Shown: piece by piece, positions 1 to 10,642 of the stretch | How positions within the stretch are numbered: the first letter of the stretch is position 1 | How the letters are laid out: every line of letters begins with the position of its first letter | Source of the DNA: Octopus sinensis | Lineage: Eukaryota | Assembly (NCBI RefSeq): GCF_006345805.1 | Contig: NW_021833632.1 | Location: 1 to 57,244 of the forward strand | Length of the DNA: 57,244 bases | Direction: 5' to 3' | Made by a program: the position numbers and the translations under genes | Notes under the pieces: generated by a model | What the model was told of the DNA's origin: nothing | The model's input: the letters and a program-made list of their open reading frames with translations, nothing else | Databases searched by the model: none

Positions 1-60
1 TTGGATGATACATTAATATACATATATACATACATATATATATACATACATATATACATA

Positions 61-529
61 CAGTTGCGGCCAAAATGTTCAGAACGTAGGTATTATTTTT
101 ATTAAAAGTAGGTATTATTTTTTATCAAAGTTGTTTCATATTTTATAATTTGCACAGACAATAAATGCAATATTATTTGTTATTGTCTGAGATTTTGGTG
201 TAATTTGAGAGGATAATACAAAAGTTATGGATGATTTAGTGATTTACTGCAAAACCCATGGCGGCCTAAATTATCAGAACGGTTGCTTTTACTCCGTGTT
301 TTAGTATATTTAACCGGCGAACTCTAATGTTTGGAATTTGTTTACGTGACGGTTCGTTTACTAAACATTAGTAAGAATGTCTGCAGTGTAGTTTGTTAAT
401 ATAATTCTACTTACTCCGTCACCAATTCGTCAGCAGATTATTAAACTTCGAAAGAAGGATAATTTAAGTATTGGGTCTATTGCAAAGATTGTTAACAAGT
501 AAAAAAGTGTTGTTCACGGTATTGTTACA
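61..529 (+). mobile_element. Tc1/mariner 5' fragment (TIR plus decayed transposase N-terminus)
   Basis: TA then CAGTTGCGGCCAAAATGTTCAGAACG, with an inner near-repeat GGCGGCCTAAATTATCAGAACG at ~259. The frame TPSPIRQQIIKLRKKDNLSIGSIAKIVNK*KSVVHGIV resembles a Tc1 paired-like HTH. Truncated. Confidence 0.65.
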
Positions 530-572
530 TTTTGTCTTATCTCTGCATGTATAATTAATTATATTCTGGTCT

Positions 573-693
573 GAGTTTATATTACCGAAACCTTGCATTA
601 AACTGTTAAATGAGTCTTCGAAACTGTCCTTCTGATTTAAGTAAGTTATAACAACGGCTATGACAAAAGTACTACCAATTTCAAAATAGTATA
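573..693 (-). pseudogene. 121-bp duplicated fragment of the chitin synthase large exon
   Basis: Matches 4590-4711 with 4 substitutions and one 1-nt deletion. Flanked by the direct repeat AATTATATTCTGGTCT (557-572 and 694-709). Confidence 0.9.
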
Positions 694-767
694 AATTATA
701 TTCTGGTCTTTATTATTAGTGCAACAATTATTTAATGTGTTAATGTAAAACTTATTCAGCTTAAATC

Positions 768-1194
768 TGTAGTGAGGTCATATTCCAGTGTGCGCACACG
801 CAACGTCATTCTTCAGTGTGCGTGTGCGGCACGTCTTTCTTCAGTGTGCGTGTGCGGGGTTGGAACCTTCTGGAACCTTCTGGAACCTTCTGGAAAGGCA
901 TAAGGAAGTTTCCCCATGCGCATGCGCTAGAGACTGAAGAATAAATTCAATAGCGTTCTTTAATAGCGTTCGGGGACTTGAGGCACGGCGATCGAAGAGA
1001 AAGGACGTATTTTCATACGTGTGATCAACCTATTCTCCTGTCTTAGACGCTTGGGATTTAACCTATCTATTGCTGCTGAATTGTTGTAAGAATGGATACC
1101 AGTATACCATCGTGTTTCATTGTTGAATAAGAGAATAAAGAATTATATATTCCTAAACTTGCTTTTCGTTCCTGACTGGTAGTTTCTAGAAACA
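768..1194 (+). mobile_element. Possible solo LTR
   Basis: TGT...ACA boundaries. Internal tandem repeats (CTTCAGTGTGCGTGTGCGG x2, TGGAACCTTC x3) and AATAAA ~55 nt before the end. No clean TSD (AAATC vs AAAAG). Confidence 0.4.
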
Positions 1195-1486
1195 AAAAGA
1201 AAGGAAATTGTGTTGCACCCAAGTTGCACCCCAAAAGTGTAAAGAAGCAACAAGTTCCCTTTACAAATCTATTAAAATAAGAAATAATGTTACCAACATT
1301 ATTAGTAGTAGAATAACCAATTATTACTAGAAAACATGTTATTATATTTTTTTATTATCTATAATGAATACTTCAATTAGTTTTAATATCTCTTTAATAA
1401 TGTTTGTTTTAACTTGAGCCCCATAAGGAATAATTAACCAAATTTTGTTATTATTGCAATAATAATAAAGGCCAGAATATAATTAA

Positions 1487-2790
1487 TTGTACATGCAGAG
1501 ATAAGACAAACTGTAAATTTAAAAATAAATGTAATTTGGATGATGTAGTATATAAATGTGTTGTGACTTTGATTGATGATAATATTAATAGGAATACTTA
1601 TAATTTAAAAGCGATTTACGTGCGGTCGACTTCTAATAAAATTAAATTAAGGGTGGCGCAACACATGCATTCATTTAAGAGTAAAACACTGATTAATTCT
1701 ACTGGCCTTAGCAAATATATATGGGAATTGAAATCTAAAGGAATTAAATATAATTTAAATTGGGAGATAGTTTTTAAAGCTAAATCTTATGGAATAGGTA
1801 AAAATTTTTGTTTACTACGTACAAATGAATTTATGGAGATATTACTTTCTAATAATAAAAAATTAATTAATTCTCAAGATGAGAGAAAAATTAAATGTAG
1901 GCATCGGTTAAATTACTTATATAATAAGTTTAGCTAATTTGTGCATATAAATAAACCCTGAATTATGTTACTAATTTATGTAGTTATAATTTGTAGTAAT
2001 ATAATGAGTATAAGTTAGCCGTAGATTATGTAGTGTATGTACATAACTAGAATAAGATTAAACCAGATTGATTTAGTTTATTTTATCTATTTTACGTATT
2101 TAATTTTAAATTATTGTGAATTTACAATTTTTCCAGTAAATGGTATATTACATCTAGTTTATTTGTTAATTTCACAGCTAAAATACACGTTTATATTTAT
2201 TTATTTTATGGTTATTATTTACGTCATGTTTTCACGTTATAAATTTCTTAGCAATGCTAGGTTCTGAGTTTAACGTTTAAAATTTCAGATAACTGGTATT
2301 CTTCAATAAGATAAGTTATGATTTTATTTATCATTAATATTGTTATATTTTATTCGATTATTTGTTGTTACGATACGTATATTTCTATATTTATTTCTTA
2401 ATTATTATATGCAAAGATACATACATTTATTTTATTATTTTAGACCTGAAGAGTGGCAAGGCTATATTTTTAAATCAAATTGATTTTAAATCGAATTTTA
2501 ATAGCATCAATTTTATTATTATCGATTTAAAGATATAGTCACGAAACGCGCGTAGTCTAATGTTTATTTAATTTAGTGATTTTTTAGAATAATATTTATT
2601 ATACTATATTTAAATTTTTCTATATGATTAAATATAGATAGCATTGTTCAATATCAACTGAATTACTTAATAGAGGTTATTTCCTTTTATTATATATTGT
2701 GAAATTTGATTTAGAATTGCTATATTGAATATTTTCCTGTACGTTTGGCATTTTATATTCCCTACTATCATAAATAATAATAATATTATA
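1487..2790 (+). mobile_element. Penelope-like element 3' remnant: GIY-YIG endonuclease ORF (1536-1937) plus AT-rich terminal repeat
   Basis: CTCRDKTNCKFKNKC..VVYKC..IYVRST..KLRVAQHMHSF..TGLSKYIWELK..NWEIV..CLL..LIN..CRH is a GIY-YIG-type PLE C-terminal domain. It is followed by an HHR at 2440. The terminus 2690-2780 resembles 30820-30900. Confidence 0.8.
2440..2560 (+). ncRNA. Type I hammerhead ribozyme with long stem II
   Basis: Stem I TTAGAC/GTCTAA; core CTGAAGA (2446-2452); stem II GTG..GGCTATATTTTTAAATC/GATTTAAAGATATAGTCAC; GAAA; palindromic stem III CGCGCG; GTA cleavage triplet, cut predicted after 2554. Confidence 0.85.
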
Positions 2791-2964
2791 TATATATATT
2801 GTTTGAAAAGTTTGCAAGACGCAACGAAAATTTTAGACAAAGAAAAAAGAAAAAAGTGGAAATTTTACAGGGGAGTGTGTTAAATTATAAGGTACCAAAA
2901 AAGACGAACTCTCCCGAGACACAAAAGAATATATATACACTCATTTACATTATATATATATATA

Positions 2965-3273
2965 TCACAGTGAACACCGTAACCGACCAAACTATCAGAT
3001 GTTGCTACACATCGCTGGTCACAATGCGCTTCGCATCGTTTTAGCCTTCAAATGACGCTACCCCGCTGGCTAAGCGAGCAGGCCAACAGAAGAAAGAGTG
3101 AGAGAAAGTTGTGGCGAAAGAGTACAGCAGAGATCGCCACCAGCCCTGTCGGAGCCACGTGGAGCTTTTAGGTGTTTTCGCTCAATAAACACTCACAACG
3201 CCCGGTCTGGGAATCGGAATCGTGATCCTACAACCGCGAATCCGCTGCCCTAACCACTGGGCCATTGCGCCTC

Positions 3274-3276
<3 letters not shown>
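2965..3276 (-). mobile_element. tRNA-derived SINE
   Basis: Minus-strand head GGAGGCGCAATGGCCCAGTGGTTAGGG...GATTCCGATTCCC (A/B-box-like). Related to 39425-39710. Confidence 0.8.
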
Positions 3277-3319
<43 letters not shown>

Positions 3320-3380
3320 CACACACTTTCATTCATATATATATATATACATACATATACTTTCATTCATATATATATAT

Positions 3381-3420
<40 letters not shown>

Positions 3421-4058
3421 TTCATTTATATATATTTTTTATTATTGTTTTACTGGTTTCAATCATGTGACTGCGGCCATGCTTGAGCACTATATACATA
3501 TATTATATATTGTTTGAAGTGGCTTTTGCACGATAGTGTATTTAGAACCTTTAATATGATGCGCAGAAAACATAGTAATACCGTTAGATCATGTGAAGCA
3601 CGATACTCCAGAAGACAGAGTATTAAGAAAACACAGGTAAAAGGCATGACTGTATCCGATCTCGGAGAAAAATAAATGCTGTAGAGACGCAAGAGATACG
3701 AGATATAAAATTGTATTTTGAAACAGCCAAGAAAGCCCGTTTGTGGGAACAAGAGACCCAGAGCAGAAACGACGGATATTGGAATCTCAAGCCGATAGAA
3801 AACAGGTGTTAAGAGGCCAACTACAAAGTAACACAACCTGAAATACTTCTTCCGGGGTACAAGAAACATCAGAGTAACAACAGGTCAGGTTGAAATTTAG
3901 GTTTTTACTCGGGAAGAGTGGCGACCAGCACCCTTTAACTGCGATCTCGCTGATGGGCATTATGACAGATGCCTTTAGAATACATCTGAGTATAGTACGT
4001 ACTGAGACGAAGGCGGTGTGACCGCAAGTATATATATTTCTTTAAAGCTGTTATTTAC

Positions 4059-4975
4059 CTTTCTAAACTTTTCAGGAGTCGCTTCATTTCGAATTCTGCT
4101 TCTCTATACATGGTTGTACATATAAAAATTTTGCTCACGCTGGGTACCCCGGTCAACATGTCACTCGTCTTTTTATGTTTGGTATGATTTCCTTCCGGTT
4201 TGTAATTCAAATGCAAATGATGTTCGAGGAAGATATTGTTGTAAGAAAAACTTAAGAAGTTCGATTCCGAAGGTTTCAGTATGGAATTTGGCACAGGTGT
4301 ATGGTTCATGCCCAGCATTAGAATTGGTAACAACCAAAGTAAAATTGCAATTCCTAAGCAAAACCACGAAGCAATAGTTAATCCTGACAGGGCAGACAAC
4401 TTTACGATATGAAAAACTCCATAGAAATTGTCAACAATGATGATCAAGATTGTGATCGGAGTGACAAATATTGTTGGTAGGTAAATACCACTACGTGTAA
4501 GGCATATTCGTGTTGATATGTAAGTAGATACATGAGATAATAAACCAGCAAAGAGGTGAATCAAGAGTCCATTGTTGATGGTTTTTGTTGAGTTTATATT
4601 ACCGAAACCTTGCATTAAACTGTTAAATGATTCTTCGAAGCTGTCCTGCCGATTTAAGTAAGTTATAACAACGGCTATGACAAAAAGTACTACCAATTTC
4701 AAAATAGTATAAAATATATTGGCATTTTTACGACCATCAACCAGGTCATCTCGAGATCGTATTATAAACGTCGCTATTCCAGGGCACCACGTGAAAGATA
4801 AAGCCAATAAGGATGTGGAGAGAATGAGAGATTCTGAAATAGTCAAGATTTGGCTAAAACCAGTCACAAATGACGTGGCCACAACTAATGCTACAGAAAT
4901 TAGTCCGAATGCAGCATAAAGCATTTTCTTCACAGATTTAATGTTTGAATAGATTACTTCATGGGTCAATATACG
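4059..4975 (-). CDS. chs: Chitin synthase, large exon (transmembrane region up to the start of the catalytic domain)
   Basis: 917-nt open exon, acceptor ttttttccag, donor AG/gtaaat, phase 0 to 2. Multi-TM protein ending KIFICTTMYREAEFEMKRLLKSL, which matches the chitin synthase CxTM(W/Y)(H/R)E..EM motif. Confidence 0.93.
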
Positions 4976-5829
4976 CTGGAAAAAAAGAAAAGATAGAATT
5001 AAGTTCAAATATTTTAACTATTTGGTAAATTCTTATAGTAAACCATATTATATGGCAGCAATTCATACAATTTAGTAATGAAACTGGCAATATTTACATC
5101 TGTATCTTATATACAAATTATTTCATTAAGCTGAATATCTTTCTTGGCATGAGGAAAAAACCTTTATATATATATACAGAAAAACGTTCCTCCAAGAGAG
5201 TGGTCTGCAAATTTTAGCCGTCTTTGAATTTCTGGCTGATGAGCAATAAAGATCCATAAAGTGGCTTGTCTGATATATCGTCAAGTGTTAGGGATGTCAA
5301 AGACCTTGCATAAAAGTCGAGTGTCTTGGCGTCTAGTGATCGCTTTTGGGCTGTCGTAAGAAGCCAGTATTTACATTCTGAGGGCAAAACAGATTAGAAT
5401 GTAGCACGAAACAAGCCAAGTTTAGGTCGCATGACAATTGTTGTGTTTTCCAAACTTTCCATAGTTTGTCGGGTGCTGACCATATTATCATTTTACAAAG
5501 ATTAAATCAGTCCTGATAGAGAAAACACGAGAGCCGAAGCAGAAGTCGGTAACTGAGTCAATGAACCCCATAAAAGATCGCACACACCAGCATTTTCACC
5601 AATGACATTGGTAATTGTGGCGGTGGTTTCCTAGTCAGTCCCTTCTCCCCATTCTTGCCTCTAGAATCCGTTAAATCCATTGCTCAGCGGGTATTTCTCG
5701 TCTCCACATTTTCCGCTACTGAAAAATGTCTGAAGCCATAGCCTAAACCATTTACCATCGTTTGTTACTTGCTAATTAGTAGAACGAAAGACGTAAGTAT
5801 CTTTTATGGCGGTTGGCAGCCAGCCACCG

Positions 5830-7400
5830 ACACCGCTGGATGAAAATCTTTCTAGCAATCCTTAGTAATTGAAATGCATGTCTGCAGACCTCGCCACAAG
5901 ATCCATAGCCACTTTTAGACAAACCAAATAGGAACTGTGATAACTTCTCATACTTTCTGTCAGCAGTCGCACAATTTTCTGCAAACACAGTTTTCACAAT
6001 TTTCACGCACAAAGACCTACATAAAACACTGCCAGAAACTTACCACATAGCCTGTTGTTGGAAGTATCGTGGTGCCATCCGAGACTGCAATACCTACACA
6101 TTTCGTCCGTTAGAATCAGATTATCTGATCCTGATTTGTGCAATGCAATTCAATCTGTGTTGAACTCAATCAAAAAAGAAACCCACCTCGATATATCAGA
6201 TCCTCCCTGTCCGACGCAGATACCGAGCACATGCAAAAATAGATTTATCGAACTCCATGCAGAATCTTCTGACCTCTTGGAGGAATTCACCACATTCTCG
6301 AAGCCATTTGCATCCTTTCTGTACGACTCTCATAGAAGAAAGTTCCTTAGAGAGGTGCGTAAGTTCGCTAAGACCGAAACAGACTGGCAGCGGCAAAACA
6401 GGTAAATGATCGGAACGAGACTGCTGCAACATTTAATGCTGTAGCAGCCTCGTCCTTAGCCATAGCGCAATGCAAACCAAAAGGCGTACATCGAAGAGCA
6501 AATTAACCGTATAAAAGAAGCAGTTGACTGCAGACAAATCACCACAGACTGGAAAGCCATAAACAACTTGTCTGGTCGCAAATCTAATGTCATGCTCAGC
6601 AAAACTCTTCAACTGTATCATGTTCATTACATCCGAAACCCTGTCGAAACACTACTCAGATCAAACCAAAACAACTTTCGCAAAGGCCTCTCCACTCTTG
6701 AACCTATTTTAACTCTTCGCCGATTCATTGAAACAATCTCAGCAAAGAAACGTAAGTCTTTGTGCACCTACTCCCTTTTTGACTTTGTCCACTGTAAGCG
6801 AATGTTCCAGATTCCTTCTGCTTATTGCAAACAAATTGAAGTTGTAAATGATATGCTGTCTCTCTATGTAAATGTCTCGTATGCACCCCTGTCGTAGGCA
6901 CCGTCACATTCGCAGGAGTACTCCAAGAGGACATCTTAGCGCCTTTCTTTTTCACCATAACTTTGTGTCATGTACTACGGCGGTGGTTCCCAACCTGGAG
7001 TCCGCAAAACCTTGATGGTACGTAAAGGCAGTACTAGGGTCTGAACTAAATTCAAAATTTCATATATATCTTTATATATACATACACACACAGAGGAATA
7101 AACATATTAAAAGGGGGTCCATAAGAAAATTTATTTAAGTAAAAGGGTGGGGATCCACTGTGAAAGTTTGGGAACAACTGTACTGCGACATGCTATGACA
7201 TTTGAACATGGCATAACTATGTTCTCGGCAAGGTTCATGCCGTCCAGTATCATACGTCAATGGCCTCGACTTCGTGGATGATATCCCCCTCGTCTCACAC
7301 TCTCAAACTCTCCTCATAATTCTGGAGTCTGGAAAACATTGAATTTGGTCACTCAATAAACCGCTCAAATACAAATACCATGATTCTCGTTCTATCTACA
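5830..7400 (+). mobile_element. Decayed RTE-like LINE (reverse transcriptase remnants)
   Basis: NQNNFRKGLSTLEPILTLRRFIE, AGVLQEDILAPFFF and LDFVDDIPLV remnants, interrupted by a MITE. Boundaries approximate. Confidence 0.7.
6981..7180. mobile_element. hAT-type MITE
   Basis: TIRs CGGTGGTTCCCAA / TTGGGAACAACTG and an imperfect 8-bp TSD TACTACGG/TACTGCGA. Inserted in the RTE remnant. Confidence 0.8.
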
Positions 7401-7906
7401 CTAGAGACATGCGCATTTGTATAGGTGTGGCTCACATTCACACAGTACATGCATACATCTGAGTGCTAACATATTCACGTGAGCGGGCAGTTCTTGTTGA
7501 ATTGTTTCCTCCGTATGTATGTATGTATATAATGTATCACGAATCGGATAAAGAATACTCAATACTGATGTAGAATAAAGTTCATATTTTGACAGTCTGC
7601 GTATCTAAGTTATAAAACGGTGTCATTGAACTTCATGACGCCGTTATATAATCGTGCATCCATGAAAAGTACAATATCACTCTTCACATATTTCCACAAG
7701 AAATATGGATACACATCCATGGAAAGGATATATAAAATACAGCTGTTAATGTGTGTACTTTGGTAATGTATGTTAATATATGCAGTGTGTAAGTTGGTTT
7801 ATTTTCCAAGCGTTATCCAGTCTGAGCTTTTTATATACATGCATATTAATAAATGCTAAGGTACGTATTAAGCAACTGAGATATTTCCGAATAGATCAAT
7901 ACTTAC

Positions 7907-8053
7907 CAATCCCTGTTTAAAAGATATTGAAACTATTTTCAAGCAGAGCACACTGCTTAGTAAAGGGATTAGGATAATCGGATGAATTTTGGGACCGATT
8001 CTCATAAGAAAAAATATTAACGATGTGCTTTCCATTATAGAACAGACGATACC
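7907..8053 (-). CDS. chs: Chitin synthase exon (not in ORF track)
   Basis: ttttcag/GGTATC...GGATTG/gtaagt; 147 nt, phase 0-0; GIVCSIMESTSLIFFLMRIGPKIHPIILIPLLSSVLCLKIVSISFKQGL. Phases join both neighbouring exons. Confidence 0.88.
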
Positions 8054-8309
8054 CTGAAAACAGATAAAATAGAAATAACATGAATCAGACTGATAGAAGA
8101 AACGGTCAAAATCAGAGCGACAGACAGAGAGAGAAAGAGAAGAATAGAAAAAGAAAAGAAAGAGAGGGAGATAGAAATAGAGAGAAAGGAAAAGTTGGAG
8201 GGAGAGAGAGATTTCTATTTTTATGCATGAATTTATAGGTTTTCCAATTGATTTATTTCTTATTTAAATTTTCAATAATGTTTTTCGAAATAATGATAAT
8301 TTCAAAATT

Positions 8310-8472
8310 TTCCCACAAGGCCAGCAATTTCAAAGGTGGAAGTAAATTCATTACATAAACCACAGTGTTCAACTGATATTTATTTTATCGACCTCGAAAA
8401 TATGAAAAGCAAATTAGACCTCGGTTGCATTTGAAATCAGACCGTAATGACAGACGAAATACCGCTAAGCAC
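8310..8472 (-). mobile_element. tRNA-derived SINE with Meta/MESC-like core (partial)
   Basis: Matches the family core, the reverse complement of GTCGACTTTGCCTTTCATCCTTTCGGGGTCGATAAATTAAGTACCAG. Confidence 0.7.
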
Positions 8473-9125
8473 AATCATCTGGGATATGCCAGTTAAAATT
8501 GACAAAGAAATAAAATTGAAATCCCACACATAATAATCAAAGATTGTAAACCTAAAAGCTGCTTACTATATATTGCAGTACCTTCTGACCAAAATATTGC
8601 CCAAAAAGAAGTGGAAGAATAGAAATACCTCGAAATTGAAGAATTCAAAATTTAGAGCATGAAGGTGAAAATAATATCAGTAATAACGGGAGCATTGAGT
8701 ATAATAAAAAAAAAACAGCAAAAGCCTAGAACCCTACACAATATCCGAAAAATAGACTTGCTAGAAAGAGCCGACATCCTTTGCAACACACTTTCAATTC
8801 AATTATACGACCCAAATAAAGCAATCCATGAAAAACAAAAGACGCACTACACAATAAATATCTAATAAAATAAACAACCCCTACAACATGTACTTTACAG
8901 GACGGTTACCCAACTCACCTTACACACACAACGCACAGTATAGGCACCGATACAACTAAAGACTGCAACCAAACCACATAACCTAAGAAACGGATGCAAT
9001 AGAATGCCAGGAAGCGTTTGACACCTTCTACAACACAAAAGGAAAACACAATGTTACACGCACCTCAGCAACACTGAGGTCTAGCAGGTGGTGTAGTAGC
9101 TGGAAATTATCAATTGTTGAATAAT
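8473..9125 (+). mobile_element. Decayed Dong/R4-type LINE 3' end
   Basis: IIWDMPVKIDKEIK..PHIIIKD..ISVITGALS..IDLLERADILCNTLSIQ, homologous to 24150-24581. Ends in a TAA/TTA repeat. Confidence 0.7.
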
Positions 9126-9332
9126 GATAATTATTATTATTATTACTATTATTATTCTATTTTTTTTTTTTACTTGTTTCGGTCATTTGACTGCAGACAT
9201 GCTAGAGCACCGCCTTTAGTCGAGCAAATCGACCCCAGAACTTACTCTTTATAAGCCTAGTACTTACTCTATCTATCTCTTCTGACGAACTGCTACGTTA
9301 CGGGAACATAAGCAAAGATACACATACATACG

Positions 9333-9363
<31 letters not shown>

Positions 9364-9457
9364 ATTTAGTAAATAAAATATACGCATACATACATACATA
9401 TATGTACGTACCTACATCTACATGTATATATACATGTATATATATATATATATATAT

Positions 9458-9917
9458 GAGTACAGGACACCACAAATAGACGTAGAACTCAACGAGAAAC
9501 GAAAACATAAAAACAAACATGGAAACGGACTTTTTTTAACAACGAAAAAACAGAGTACAAGACAAACAATACAAGGATTATTCCCCTTCATCAGCTGTCC
9601 CTGGTTCGACTCAATGCGTGTTTCGAAGGCAAGGACAGAACAGGACCCGCCGAACAAGTGCTCCCTGCAAAAGAATTAAATAAAATTCCTTTGCAGAGGG
9701 GTAAAAACAAGGAAAGAAAAAAGGTGACAGGAACAGGACGTAAAAGCAATAAAAATAAAAATACAAATACAAAATAAAAAAAGTCGTGTTGACTTGTAGA
9801 AAGCTGCGAGTGAAAGGAAGTTGGTAGTCGACTCGGCGGTGAGAGAGAGAGGGATAGAGAGGAAAGGAAACCATAAAGGGTGAAAAATAAGAAGGAGAGC
9901 GACAGGCAAAGAGGAAG
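9458..9917 (-). mobile_element. Non-autonomous ribozyme-bearing repeat (PLE-type), inserted at (TA)n
   Basis: Abuts (TA)n and has no credible ORF. Carries the rearranged HHR and upstream hairpin; homologous to 40068-40250. Confidence 0.6.
9583..9644 (-). ncRNA. Non-circularly permuted hammerhead ribozyme candidate (copy 1)
   Basis: Minus strand: CCTG-TT-CTGTCCTT-GCCTTC-GAAA-CACG-linker-AGGGACAG-CTGATGA-A-GGGG. Stem I 8 bp, stem II CTTC/GGGG, stem III CCTG/CACG (one mismatch). Confidence 0.65.
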
Positions 9918-10134
9918 ACGACGGGCTTCTTTCAGTTTCCGACTACCAAATCCACTCACAAGGATTTGGTCAGCCCGAGGCTATAGTAGAAGACAATTGC
10001 TCGAGGTGCTACGCAGTGGGACTGAACCCGGAACCACGTGGTTGGTAAGCAAGCTACTTACAGCCACTCCTGCGCCTATAATAATAATAAAAATAATAAC
10101 AATAATAATAATAACAATAATAATAGTAATAATC

Positions 10135-10584
10135 CTTTCTACTGGAAGAAAAAGACTTCAAATTTGTGGGGAGGGGGACCAGTCGATTACATCAACCGCA
10201 GTGTTTCACTGGTACTTATTTTTTCGACCCCGAAAAAATGAAAGGTAAAGTCGACCTCGGCGGAATTTGAACTCAGAACGTAAAGGCAGACGAAATACGG
10301 CTACGCATTTCGAAGCATTTCGTCCAGCGCGCTAACGATTCTGCCAGCTCGCCGCCTTGATAGTAATAATAACAATACGTTGTTCTAGGAGCACAAGGCC
10401 TGGAATTTGGAAGAGAGGGACAGTCGATTAGATCGACCCTAGTCTGATTCTTAATTTATCTACTCCGAAAGGATGAAAGGCAAAGTCAACTTCGGCAGAA
10501 TTTGAACTCAGAATGTAAAGACAGACGAAATACCGTTAAGCATTTCGCCCGACGTGCTAACGATCCTGCAGGCTCACCGTCTTA
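10135..10584 (-). mobile_element. Two tandem Meta-core tRNA SINEs (10135-10359, 10383-10584)
   Basis: Heads AAGGCGGCGAGCTGGCAGAATCGTTAGC and AAGACGGTGAGCCTGCAGG plus the family core. Followed by (AAT)n. Confidence 0.85.
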
Positions 10585-10586
10585 GT

Positions 10587-10642
<56 letters not shown>

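Larger units (their letters stand above)
9170..10080 (-). mobile_element. tRNA-derived SINE split by a nested insertion (3' half 9170-9330, 5' half 9918-10080)
   Basis: Head AGGCGCAGGAGTGGCTGTAAGTAGCTTGCTTACC and tail GGCGGTGCTCTAGCATG..GAAACAAG are colinear with the intact copy at 27321-27719. Confidence 0.8.

Noticed and set aside
3185-3276. tRNA genes at SINE heads
   Set aside because: A/B-box-like heads continue into repeat bodies and do not form complete cloverleaves.
7907-7912. Apparent 6-nt microexon (aaacag/GGATTG/gtaagt)
   Set aside because: It is simply the 3' end of the 147-nt exon 7907-8053.
9583-9630. Reading the GAAA...CUGAUGA motifs (also 40103-40152) as ordinary type II hammerheads or HDV-like ribozymes
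   Set aside because: The sequence after the internal GUC/GUA does not pair with the strand before CUGAUGA, and no HDV P3/P1.1 elements were found. Only the rearranged order gives all three stems in both copies.
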